A DNA stretch of 64,000 nucleotides from an uncultured virus (IMG/VR IMGVR_UViG_3300030202_003277) (Duplodnaviria > Heunggongvirae > Uroviricota > Caudoviricetes). The translations under genes and the position numbers were made by a program. Shown here piece by piece: positions 18,870 to 27,174 of this stretch (the first letter of the stretch is position 1; the number at the start of each line of letters is the position of its first letter). Where the stretch lies: the IMG/VR virus record IMGVR_UViG_3300030202_003277; one strand, 5' to 3'. The notes under the pieces are model-generated. The model was not told where the DNA came from. It saw nothing but the letters and a program-made list of their open reading frames with translations, and did not search any database.

Positions 18870-19537
18870 ATTAAATCTTTTAAAAATTTATTATAACTTG
18901 TAAGATTTGCATTGTCATTAAAACCATTTCTATCCCAAATAACATTAATATTGTTTTTAAAATTAGAATGATTTAAATGAGTAAATTTTGAATTAAAAAA
19001 CATTCTTTCTATATGTATTATTAATTCTTCTAAATCAGATATATTCCAATCTATTTTAGCATTACCCATACATACCTTACCATCATTATAAATGTTATGA
19101 AAAGGAGCATAATAAATTTTAGTTTTTAAACCTCTATCTAATTTATATGCATAAACATATAATTCTCCGTTTTTAACTTGAAATATTAAATTAGGTATTA
19201 TTTTACGTTTATTTTGTATTTGATTAGTTTCGCTAAAAGTTAATTCTCTTACACTTTTCTTAAATAACCACATCAAATTTAAACTTTGATCTTTTAAATT
19301 AAAACGTACAACATTAGATGGAATAAAGTTTTTAAACTCATATTTACTTTTGTCTATACCTTTAATTTCTTCAAGTAATTTACCTAAAAGTTTAACTCTT
19401 GCTGGTTTACCAGGTCCAAATGTAAATTTATTGTCTTGTAATTCTTTAATTGTATGTTCTTCAACATAAGATGAAGATTCACTATGATATACAATTAAGC
19501 TCATTACGGGTTTTAGTGTTTCTGGAACATTGTTCAT
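18866..19537 (-). CDS. PRTRC system protein B (prokaryotic E2-like)
   Basis: PNLIF..LYVYAYK..YYAPFHNIYNDGKVCMG..FFNSKFTH. Confidence 0.85.
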   Translation of the reverse strand: MNNVPETLKPVMSLIVYHSESSSYVEEHTIKELQDNKFTFGPGKPARVKLLGKLLEEIKGIDKSKYEFKNFIPSNVVRFNLKDQSLNLMWLFKKSVRELTFSETNQIQNKRKIIPNLIFQVKNGELYVYAYKLDRGLKTKIYYAPFHNIYNDGKVCMGNAKIDWNISDLEELIIHIERMFFNSKFTHLNHSNFKNNINVIWDRNGFNDNANLTSYNKFLKDLI

Positions 19538-20160
19538 ATTTTAATTTTACCTTCTTCAGTAAAGCTTAGTTCTATTTGTTGTCCTATAGATTTTCTTATA
19601 TTTCTATTTGTTGGATAAATAAACATATGTTTAGAAAAATTACCTTTAAAAATGTAACCTTTATCTAACATTTCTTGTTTATTGTAAGTCTTAGCACCTG
19701 ATTTTCTGCTAACCATTTCTCCTTTATCATTTACATAATAAGGGTTCTTTTTAGTTATTCCATTATAATCCCAATTAGAAGCTCTATATAAGCCACCATT
19801 GTGATTATGAGCAGTATCAGCATATGTTAATAACGTTTGCCATCTTTTAGTATTTAGCATTTTAATACTTTTGCTAATTAAAAATGAACCTGCATTTTCA
19901 GGTCTATTTTCAACTAAACAAAATCTACTTAATCCTAAAACTGATTGATGATTATTACTAACATATTTAGCTGCTCCTAAAGCTGGTGTATTCCAAATTG
20001 CAACTCCATGTAATGTTGAAGGATCTCCTTTATAAAAAAGACCATAACATCTATGAGCTAAATATCCAGCTTTATGTGCATAATGCCATTGTTCAACAAA
20101 ATTATCTGCTTCAGATTTTCCTATTCTTTGAACTTCCCATTCATTTTTAATTAACTTCAT
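19534..20160 (-). CDS. Mom-like (GNAT-fold) DNA adenine modification enzyme
   Basis: FVEQWHY, LSRFCL..NAGSFLISKSIK, TYADTAHNHNGGLYRASNW. Confidence 0.75.
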   Translation of the reverse strand: MKLIKNEWEVQRIGKSEADNFVEQWHYAHKAGYLAHRCYGLFYKGDPSTLHGVAIWNTPALGAAKYVSNNHQSVLGLSRFCLVENRPENAGSFLISKSIKMLNTKRWQTLLTYADTAHNHNGGLYRASNWDYNGITKKNPYYVNDKGEMVSRKSGAKTYNKQEMLDKGYIFKGNFSKHMFIYPTNRNIRKSIGQQIELSFTEEGKIKI

Positions 20161-21191
20161 TATTCATAAATTAAGTAACTATTTTCTAACCATTTTTTAT
20201 ATTTTTCTGGAAAATCATTATTATAATCTTTTAAAAAAGGATTATTTTCTGTTAATTGTTGTTCTTTATAAAATGGTAAGATTTCACAGTTATTATAATA
20301 ATACTGACCTTGTTCTTCATATCGTTGAAAAACAAAATCTGTTTCTTCAATAGACCATAAAAAATTAGCATAATATTCTGGACCAAATAAATAATCATCT
20401 ACATCATTATTTTTCATCAGACTTTTAAATGGAATAAAATCGTTAAAATTAACATTTACAATTTCAAAACCTTCTTCAATCCATGCAACTAACTTTTGAT
20501 CTTTATAATTATTTATTTTTATTTTACTCAATTTATCTTTTAAAGTAAATTCAGTATCTATAGATTTTTCAAAATTAACTTTTTGATATAATGGTAAAAC
20601 TTTATTTCTATAAACTTTTAAAGTTTGTTTCATTTCGTCCATTTGGTCAATATCATCTATATCTTCTAAATTTTCAGTAAAATAATCATCTGAAATATCT
20701 ACCATATAATCTATATTATGTAAGAATGGTATATTAAATTTTTGAACTAAATAAGAAAAATAATCCCACATAAAAGTTTGAAATTCTTCTTTTAAATTAA
20801 AAATCCATTCTAATTCAGCACAAAATCCATTATCAAAACCATTTCCTTGTCCAGTCCATAGTTCTAATTCCATTTTATCATTTTGATATATATTCCAATT
20901 ATTTAAATCTTTAGTTATTTTTTTAATTAAATAATTATTAAACTCATATATATCCATGTTAGGTATATCATCATTTATATAATGTTTTCCAATTGGATAT
21001 AACAATTTTAATAGCTGTTTAGGATTTTTGTAAAAAATTAAATCAGATTTAGATTTTAAAATAGGGGTCTTAATAGACAAGAAGGAGTTTTTAGTCTTTC
21101 TTCTTGTACTACATTTCGTTTGTCTTCGCTTTCGTGCAATATTATTCTTGCAATCGCCACGTTTGGATTGATGTATTTCTTGGGTTTGCAT
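20160..21191 (-). CDS. Probable PRTRC system protein F-like
   Basis: Occupies the slot between C and B in the PRTRC order; basic N-terminus, acidic body; exact start uncertain. Confidence 0.5.
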   Translation of the reverse strand: MQTQEIHQSKRGDCKNNIARKRRQTKCSTRRKTKNSFLSIKTPILKSKSDLIFYKNPKQLLKLLYPIGKHYINDDIPNMDIYEFNNYLIKKITKDLNNWNIYQNDKMELELWTGQGNGFDNGFCAELEWIFNLKEEFQTFMWDYFSYLVQKFNIPFLHNIDYMVDISDDYFTENLEDIDDIDQMDEMKQTLKVYRNKVLPLYQKVNFEKSIDTEFTLKDKLSKIKINNYKDQKLVAWIEEGFEIVNVNFNDFIPFKSLMKNNDVDDYLFGPEYYANFLWSIEETDFVFQRYEEQGQYYYNNCEILPFYKEQQLTENNPFLKDYNNDFPEKYKKWLENSYLIYE

Positions 21192-21226
21192 TCTAATAGT
21201 TTTATGTATAAGTTTTCTTTTTTCAT
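21056..21226 (-). CDS. Overlapping 56-aa ORF
   Basis: ATG immediately after the hairpin element; MKKENLYIKLLECKPKK..LRPLF. Confidence 0.3.
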   Translation of the reverse strand: MKKENLYIKLLECKPKKYINPNVAIARIILHESEDKRNVVQEERLKTPSCLLRPLF

Positions 21227-21260
21227 AATCAAGGAACAACAAAGTGTTGCTCCCTGATTA
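21226..21260 (-). repeat. Early-gene hairpin element
   Basis: TAATCAGGGAGCAAC-ACTTT-GTTGTTCCTTGATTA. Confidence 0.7.
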
Positions 21261-21263
21261 TTC

Positions 21264-21482
21264 TTATTCATAAAACCATTCCTTTTTAAGCATATTATGG
21301 TGCAAATTATTTGCTTTTAATGTTACGTTTTCACTACACATATAACTTGTGCTACTTCCGTATTTTTCATTTACAAAACTGTCAAAATCAAATCTATTCT
21401 TTTGATTTTCAGATTTAAAATTGATAGTTTCAACTATAACACTTGCAGAACTATATTCAAAAATTATAACATAATAGTTCAC
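21264..21482 (-). CDS. Hypothetical protein
   Basis: 72 aa, GTG start overlapping the upstream TGA. Confidence 0.45.
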   Translation of the reverse strand: MNYYVIIFEYSSASVIVETINFKSENQKNRFDFDSFVNEKYGSSTSYMCSENVTLKANNLHHNMLKKEWFYE

Positions 21483-21652
21483 TTTTTTTTAGTATTTAAA
21501 TACTTTAAAAAATATCCCTTATTAAAATTTGAACAAGTTTTTTCTATGTGTTTAGTAATTGTAAAAGATATATCATTAAAATCTTGAACAGATGTATGTT
21601 TCTTGACCTCTAATAGAGCGTCTGCTACAATAATAAAATCTTTTCTTGTCAT
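21479..21652 (-). CDS. Small hypothetical phage protein (57 aa)
   Basis: MTRKDFIIVADAL..SNFNKGYFLKY; absent from the ORF track. Confidence 0.55.
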   Translation of the reverse strand: MTRKDFIIVADALLEVKKHTSVQDFNDISFTITKHIEKTCSNFNKGYFLKYLNTKKK

Positions 21653-21654
21653 AG

Positions 21655-21858
21655 TTATCCTTTAGTTCCAACGTTATTTTGGAATTTATAAACAACTTTG
21701 TCATTTTTAATTTCTGGTCCTACTACAGAAGCTGTAGTTAATTCAGGATATTGTCCAGAATAAAAATCTAATACATCATTAACAGTCATATTGTTAGATG
21801 GGTCTGTTAATTCTGTATCTCCATGCATAAAGATTCTTTCTATTTGTTTTATTTCCAT
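21655..21858 (-). CDS. PRTRC system protein C (prokaryotic ubiquitin-like)
   Basis: LTDPS..VLDFYSGQYPELTTASVVGP..VGTKG with a terminal Gly. Confidence 0.9.
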   Translation of the reverse strand: MEIKQIERIFMHGDTELTDPSNNMTVNDVLDFYSGQYPELTTASVVGPEIKNDKVVYKFQNNVGTKG

Positions 21859-22628
21859 TAGTAATAAGTATAATTAGAAGGGTTATTATTTAGTTTTTCG
21901 TTTCTTTGATCAATAATCATTTGAGTTTGCTCATCAGTTATTGTAGTTCCTAAAGAATTATTTTCTTGTGTAGGTGGAGTTTTATATTCTTCAATATTAG
22001 CTTCATCTATTCTTGCTTCAAATTCTTTATCTTCATTTACAATCTTTGGTGTTCCATCAGGATATGTAGGTTGAGCTGGTTCAACTTGAACTGGTTCAGC
22101 TCTTGGTACATCAGGTAATGGTTGACTAAACATATCTGGTTGAGAGTTATTTGCATCACATTCTTTAACAAGCTGTGTAGCTTTACTAAATTTAGGATCA
22201 TCTTTAAGAATTTCATTACAGATAAATTTACATTTATCATATTCTTTTTCATCCCAATATTTTTGAGCTTTTTCAAGTTGTTTAACTGAATTTTCTCTAA
22301 CTTTCTTTTGTTTGTCTTTTTCTGCTTTTGCTATTGCTGATTCTTCTTTAGCTTTTTCTACTGATTGTTCGTGTTGATGTATATTTCTTAATAATCCACT
22401 TGTTTGTTGTAGAGGTTTAGCTAATAATTGAAAAAATTGAGCATCAAATTCTTCTACAGTACCAGTAAATAATATTGGTTGTAGTAAATCTTTTGCTTTG
22501 TCTTGAACTTTTATTAATGGGTTTACACTTACAGTTAATTCATGTTCATTATTCTTTCGAATAGTAATATTAACTGTTTCGCTTATTAATAATAAGTTGT
22601 TAATTTGTTGGAAAAATTTATCATTCAT
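21858..22628 (-). CDS. PRTRC system protein E
   Basis: FFQQI..PILFTGTVEEFDAQFFQLLAKPLQQTSGL; TPR-like helix pair and low-complexity tail. Confidence 0.85.
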   Translation of the reverse strand: MNDKFFQQINNLLLISETVNITIRKNNEHELTVSVNPLIKVQDKAKDLLQPILFTGTVEEFDAQFFQLLAKPLQQTSGLLRNIHQHEQSVEKAKEESAIAKAEKDKQKKVRENSVKQLEKAQKYWDEKEYDKCKFICNEILKDDPKFSKATQLVKECDANNSQPDMFSQPLPDVPRAEPVQVEPAQPTYPDGTPKIVNEDKEFEARIDEANIEEYKTPPTQENNSLGTTITDEQTQMIIDQRNEKLNNNPSNYTYY

Positions 22629-22643
22629 ATATATAGTTTTAAA

Positions 22644-22678
22644 TTATCAAGCCACACCAAAGTGATGCGACTTGATAA
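22644..22678 (-). repeat. Early-gene hairpin element
   Basis: TTATCAAGTCGCATC-ACTTT-GGTGTGGCTTGATAA, 15 bp with 3 G-U pairs. Confidence 0.7.
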
Positions 22679-22684
22679 AATTTC

Positions 22685-23083
22685 TTAATCAAATAGATTA
22701 GGATTTAAGTTATTTCTTTGAGTAGTTAAAGCATGTGCTACAGAAAATATAGCTTTTGCTCTTTTACTTAAAGATTCAATATAAATATTTAGCTCATCTA
22801 AATCTTTAGATACATAATATCCTTTAGAACTACTTACTAAACAACTAACTTTATCATATAATCTAATATGATTTATAATCTTCCTTATTCGAGCTCCAGT
22901 TATTTTTTTATAAGATGGAGAGTTAAGGTAAAAATGATTATTTAATTTTCTACACATTTCAGCATTTGTAATAGCATTACTTTTGCCTATTCTTTTTTGT
23001 AATCCTTTAATAATTACCGGCATTAGTGTATTTTTTTCATAATCATTTAATGGTGCTGTTTGATTTTCGAATCCTGGTATCAT
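22685..23083 (-). CDS. Winged-HTH-like DNA-binding protein
   Basis: AITNAEMC..GARIRKIINHIR..VSSSKGYY. Confidence 0.55.
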   Translation of the reverse strand: MIPGFENQTAPLNDYEKNTLMPVIIKGLQKRIGKSNAITNAEMCRKLNNHFYLNSPSYKKITGARIRKIINHIRLYDKVSCLVSSSKGYYVSKDLDELNIYIESLSKRAKAIFSVAHALTTQRNNLNPNLFD

Positions 23084-23352
23084 TCTAAATGATTTAATTC
23101 AGATAAATCACTTAATAGTTCCCAGTCTTCACTTACATGAAATGGTGAATTTTCTGCATAATAATATTTAATTCCATCTTCTTCAATGAAATCATTTTTA
23201 TTTTGTCTAATAAACGATTCTCCATACCTACCTTCTAATTCTTCTTTAGTAAAGTATCTTGTACAATCTACAGCAGCATATTCTCCTGTAAAATTTGGTT
23301 TTACAATTGTATCTTCATCTACTCTGTATAGAGCTCCTGAAATTACTAACAT
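23080..23352 (-). CDS. Hypothetical acidic protein
   Basis: 90 aa. Confidence 0.5.
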   Translation of the reverse strand: MLVISGALYRVDEDTIVKPNFTGEYAAVDCTRYFTKEELEGRYGESFIRQNKNDFIEEDGIKYYYAENSPFHVSEDWELLSDLSELNHLE

Positions 23353-23354
23353 AG

Positions 23355-23600
23355 CTATGATATTACAGGAAATGTTAAAGATTTATTATCTGGAGATTGA
23401 CCAAATAATGCACCAGCATCGTTACCTTCATCATCTTTTGATGGAAATAATAATGAGCCATCACTTAATTCTAATACAATAGATTTTCTGTGCCAACCCA
23501 TTCCTTTCATTTCAATAGTAGTTAAATATCTTACATCTACAATAGTTCTTCCTTTTAGATGTTTATTTCCGTATTCTTCCCAATATTTATTATTTGCCAT
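23355..23600 (-). CDS. Hypothetical phage protein
   Basis: PSKDDEGNDAGALF motif. Confidence 0.55.
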   Translation of the reverse strand: MANNKYWEEYGNKHLKGRTIVDVRYLTTIEMKGMGWHRKSIVLELSDGSLLFPSKDDEGNDAGALFGQSPDNKSLTFPVIS

Positions 23601-23787
23601 TTTTTATATTTAAAAGTTTAATTAAATCTGTTTTTCTTAACTTATTATAGATATAAAATAAATTTCTTCTATAACCTATAGGTTCTTTTACATATTTACC
23701 AGTTTCTGATAAACCTATACACCTATAAGCAGAAGTATCTAATAAAGTTAGTTGTGCTATTATTTCTTCTTTACTCATAATTTCCAT
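23590..23787 (-). CDS. Hypothetical protein
   Basis: 65 aa. Confidence 0.45.
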   Translation of the reverse strand: MEIMSKEEIIAQLTLLDTSAYRCIGLSETGKYVKEPIGYRRNLFYIYNKLRKTDLIKLLNIKNGK

Positions 23788-23799
23788 ATAATAAGAATA

Positions 23800-23841
23800 T
23801 AAAGAAAAAGAATAAGCATAGTGTTTACTATACTTATTCTT
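23800..23841 (-). terminator. Intrinsic terminator
   Basis: AAGAATAAGTATAGT..ACTATGCTTATTCTT followed by TTTCTTT. Confidence 0.55.
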
Positions 23842-23886
23842 AATGCTTTTTTAGCTGTTATGCTACTTCTATATTTCATAGAATGA

Positions 23887-24102
23887 TTATCTGTTCGAAA
23901 ACCCATTAGAATTTGCTTGAAATTTAATTTCTTTTACATCATAATCATGTACTATAGGTGCTACTTGTCTACCCATTCCAGAATAAGTTGTTTGACAACT
24001 GGAAAGTGTAATAGCCATACATAAAATAATTGCTAATGTAGTTAGTCCAGCTACAATTGTAGCTAATGTTTCGTGTGCGAAATATGTTTTTGTTTTTTTC
24101 AT
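23887..24102 (-). CDS. Small lipoprotein
   Basis: Hydrophobic signal ending LSSC. Confidence 0.55.
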   Translation of the reverse strand: MKKTKTYFAHETLATIVAGLTTLAIILCMAITLSSCQTTYSGMGRQVAPIVHDYDVKEIKFQANSNGFSNR

Positions 24103-24139
24103 CTGTGTAGTTTTTAAATGTAAACTACACCAAAGCAAA

Positions 24140-24373
24140 TTATCTGCTTTTTAATGATGGTTTTTTGTAATAAGGACTTGGAATAATATTAATTTGATTT
24201 AATCTATAGAATTTACCAATTTCTAATGTGTCTTTAGTTAATATAACTTCAGCGTTTTTTGTTTTAGGATTATGCAGATGATATAAATTAAGTCTTACTT
24301 CACTAACTACCTGGTATTTAGAACAGCTTAATAATATTATGTTAAATAGAAATGCTATAAATATTTTGTACAT
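24140..24373 (-). CDS. Small lipoprotein
   Basis: MYKIFIAFLFNIILLSC lipobox. Confidence 0.6.
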   Translation of the reverse strand: MYKIFIAFLFNIILLSCSKYQVVSEVRLNLYHLHNPKTKNAEVILTKDTLEIGKFYRLNQINIIPSPYYKKPSLKSR

Positions 24374-24384
24374 TATCTAAAGAT

Positions 24385-24420
24385 AAAAAAAAAGGGAAAC
24401 AATGTAAAACACTGTTCCCC
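24385..24420 (-). terminator. Intrinsic terminator
   Basis: GGGGAACAGTG-TTTTA-CATTGTTTCCC followed by T9. Confidence 0.8.
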
Positions 24421-24529
24421 AATTTTTATGTTGACATTAATCAACGCACATAATATTGGCTGAATGCTTGGCTGACATACTCATTCTGCATTTAATTAAA
24501 GACAATATACGCCACTGTCTACCAATTTT

Positions 24530-24847
24530 TTAATCTTTTGGTCTTATATCAAGATCATCTAACTTTTTAACGTCAAATCCTATTAATTTAGATAATCCAG
24601 TATCAAAATCTACATGATTACCTGAATATTTTTTTACAATATCAGTTTTTAATATTGTAATTTTATCAGGTACTTGTTCTGATGGATTAACTAAGCTATC
24701 ATACCATTTATCAGCTTCTTCTAAACTGTCACATAATGTATGAGATAGTAAATCTCCATTTTCTTCTACAAAGTATCTAAAATGGTCTACACCATCTAAA
24801 TCTCTGTATTTAAATTCTTTAATTAATTGATAAGTATTTTCTTGCAT
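24530..24847 (-). CDS. Hypothetical acidic protein
   Basis: 105 aa. Confidence 0.55.
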   Translation of the reverse strand: MQENTYQLIKEFKYRDLDGVDHFRYFVEENGDLLSHTLCDSLEEADKWYDSLVNPSEQVPDKITILKTDIVKKYSGNHVDFDTGLSKLIGFDVKKLDDLDIRPKD

Positions 24848-24874
24848 AAATTTAAAATTATATTGTAAAACTAA

Positions 24875-24909
24875 AGAACAACAACGTACATTAAGTACGT
24901 TATTGTTCT
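24875..24909 (-). repeat. Early-gene hairpin element (variant)
   Basis: AGAACAATAACGTAC-TTAAT-GTACGTTGTTGTTCT. Confidence 0.6.
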
Positions 24910-25001
24910 AATTATCCTATGACTATCTCAATGGTATCATAGTTTTTACAATTTTGTGTTTAAGGTTTCCCCAGGGCTTTAAATAAGCTATGTCTTTATT
25001 G

Positions 25002-25325
25002 TTATTTCTTCATTTCACAAGTGTATTCAATTTTTTGGTTAATAGCTTCTAATGAGCTGTAATACTTTTTTTTGTAAAAGAATACTAATTTATTATTCTG
25101 GATAATAGGTTTAGCTAATACAAGATTACCTTCTACATTAATCAGAACTTTTTTTATTCTTCCTTTAGGATCTAATTTCATTTGTATTTTTCGAGTAATA
25201 CAATATGTTTTTAGAGCTGAATATAGCTTTCCAGCTATCTTAAAGTCATTTTTTTTAAGATTAATACTTAGTTTTTCCAGACTTTTAAGTTCAGTTTCTT
25301 TTAAAATGTGCGCAATTTTTGTCAT
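25002..25325 (-). CDS. Hypothetical basic protein
   Basis: 107 aa. Confidence 0.5.
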   Translation of the reverse strand: MTKIAHILKETELKSLEKLSINLKKNDFKIAGKLYSALKTYCITRKIQMKLDPKGRIKKVLINVEGNLVLAKPIIQNNKLVFFYKKKYYSSLEAINQKIEYTCEMKK

Positions 25326-25387
25326 AATCAGTTAAATTTAGATTGATTTATATATAGTTAAAAAATGCAGATTATTATATAAATAAA

Positions 25388-25420
25388 ATGCAAGCCACAA
25401 CAAAGAGCTGTGGCAAGCAC
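25388..25420 (-). repeat. Early-gene hairpin element
   Basis: GTGCTTGCCACAGC-TCTTT-GTTGTGGCTTGCAT. Confidence 0.65.
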
Positions 25421-25438
25421 TAAAACGCACAATTTTAT

Positions 25439-25753
25439 TTACTCTAAAATTCGGTGATTTTTGATAAATCTTTTAACTTCAAATAGCAATAGTTTATCTT
25501 CTACTATTTGTTTTAAGCTCCATTTTCTTATATCTATATATAGCTTAAGCGTTATATCTAATTCACTTCTGTCAAAATAATGTTCTGTTTTAATATCTAA
25601 GCGTTTCATCTTTAATAACTCAAGTTTCATATGACGCAAATACATATTATAATCTTCTATAATTGTTAGTAGGTAGTAAAACCTAAATAACAAAAGTAGA
25701 AATGTTGGTATAAGACAAATTACTAATATTCCTGGGATCTCAATTGTTTCCAT
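25439..25753 (-). CDS. Membrane-anchored hypothetical protein
   Basis: N-terminal TM segment. Confidence 0.5.
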   Translation of the reverse strand: METIEIPGILVICLIPTFLLLLFRFYYLLTIIEDYNMYLRHMKLELLKMKRLDIKTEHYFDRSELDITLKLYIDIRKWSLKQIVEDKLLLFEVKRFIKNHRILE

Positions 25754-25904
25754 GTTAGTTTTAATTAGGGGTTTTAAAAAATTAATTTCTATTCTACAAT
25801 TTACAAATAACATTTTACTTGAACAGCCCGATGTTACTCTAAAAGGTTTCCGGCCCTATTGGGAGTTCAATCAAAAAAATATAATCAGTAAAGTATCAAG
25901 CAAT

Positions 25905-25935
25905 AAAAAAGGGAACAACTTTTATGTTGTTCCCT
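25905..25935 (-). terminator. Intrinsic terminator
   Basis: AGGGAACAAC-ATAAAA-GTTGTTCCCT followed by TTTTT. Confidence 0.75.
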
Positions 25936-25957
25936 ATATTTGAATTTAAATTATCTA

Positions 25958-26737
25958 CTATGAAAGTAAATGATTTTTCTCGTAAGAGCTTACTTTGGTT
26001 ACTCCATTTTTAGCTACAAACGTTTTTAGAATTATAAACTTATTTAAATGCTCTTGCATTAAACCTACTAAATTATTAGCAAATTGTTGAACTTTAGTTT
26101 CATCAATTCTAATAGCAGTATAAGTTCTTTCAATTGCTACAGTCTTTTTAGTTCCATCTGCTTTTAAAACTTCTTCAGTTTTAGTATATGCAGTTGCCTC
26201 TACTAAATCAAATCTTTCATCTCCTAAAGACGCTCTAATTTCTTTCATTTTTTTAGAAAGTAAATCTTTATATGCATCTCCAACATTTTCTGGATTGATT
26301 GCAGTAGCTTGTACCCACATACCTTTTAAATCTAAAGTAAAAGTTTGTATTACATTCTGATGAATTTCTCCTGTAGCTGTATTAGTAAAATCAATTCTTT
26401 TTGGAATTGCTAAGTTTGGTAATTTACCATTCTTTTCATTCTCAATAAGAAATTCTTTACTAATTAAATTTTGAAATAAATATCTCAATTTATTCATTGA
26501 GCTATCAAAATTTCCATAACTACTAAATCTTAAATAATCATCTACTCCCATTTCGGAGTTAAGATTATTTACTAAATCAAATTTAATTGATGTAGAGTTG
26601 GTTTTAGGAGATATATGTACGTTACACGCATTTAATCTATGCAAACCATCTTTAGTAGTTCTTCTTTCAGTTACACTCTTAGCTGTATGCTCAAGAGTTA
26701 AATCATTCAAATACTGTTCTTCATTAATTATAATCAT
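25958..26737 (-). CDS. Hypothetical protein
   Basis: 259 aa with its own hairpin leader and terminator. Confidence 0.6.
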   Translation of the reverse strand: MIIINEEQYLNDLTLEHTAKSVTERRTTKDGLHRLNACNVHISPKTNSTSIKFDLVNNLNSEMGVDDYLRFSSYGNFDSSMNKLRYLFQNLISKEFLIENEKNGKLPNLAIPKRIDFTNTATGEIHQNVIQTFTLDLKGMWVQATAINPENVGDAYKDLLSKKMKEIRASLGDERFDLVEATAYTKTEEVLKADGTKKTVAIERTYTAIRIDETKVQQFANNLVGLMQEHLNKFIILKTFVAKNGVTKVSSYEKNHLLS

Positions 26738-26759
26738 AATTTTAAGTTTTATTTATTAA

Positions 26760-26798
26760 ACAAAGAACAACAAAGCTTTTGGCTCTGTTATTCTTTGT
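26760..26798 (-). repeat. Early-gene hairpin element
   Basis: ACAAAGAATAACAGAGC-CAAAA-GCTTTGTTGTTCTTTGT. Confidence 0.65.
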
Positions 26799-26803
26799 AA
26801 AAC

Positions 26804-27019
26804 TTAATTTAAACTGATATTAAGAAGTTTAGGATATTTTTGATTGAATGTTATCCAATTCTTCATATCGTTAAGTAAATCAAAATATAATTTGTATTTA
26901 ATCCATTCTTCTAATGGCATAAATACTTTTCTATCTGAAATACTTAATGGTGGAACATTATACAATATATCTATTGTATTTATATGTTCATACATATTTT
27001 GGAGTTTATTAATATCCAT
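26804..27019 (-). CDS. Hypothetical protein
   Basis: 71 aa. Confidence 0.5.
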   Translation of the reverse strand: MDINKLQNMYEHINTIDILYNVPPLSISDRKVFMPLEEWIKYKLYFDLLNDMKNWITFNQKYPKLLNISLN

Positions 27020-27022
27020 AAT

Positions 27023-27124
27023 TTATTGTGTTAAATATGCTGTTAACACAACAGAAATTATAGTTATTAAAAATATTAGCATTGCTTCTACCCCTGCTGT
27101 ATTCTCTGAAGTTTTTTTTTTCAT
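27023..27124 (-). CDS. Tiny membrane peptide (33 aa)
   Basis: MKKKTSENTAGVEAMLIFLITIISVVLTAYLTQ directly after the hairpin and AT-rich leader. Confidence 0.55.
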   Translation of the reverse strand: MKKKTSENTAGVEAMLIFLITIISVVLTAYLTQ

Positions 27125-27141
27125 TGTATATAATTTTATAA

Positions 27142-27171
27142 ATTCAACCAACAACAAAGTGCTGGTTGAAT
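27142..27171 (-). repeat. Early-gene hairpin element
   Basis: ATTCAACCAGCA-CTTTGT-TGTTGGTTGAAT. Confidence 0.7.
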
Positions 27172-27174
27172 AAT

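Noticed and set aside
25815..25875. tRNA gene (GTTCAAG resembles a T-loop)
   Set aside because: No cloverleaf or acceptor stem; no tRNA was recognised anywhere in the window
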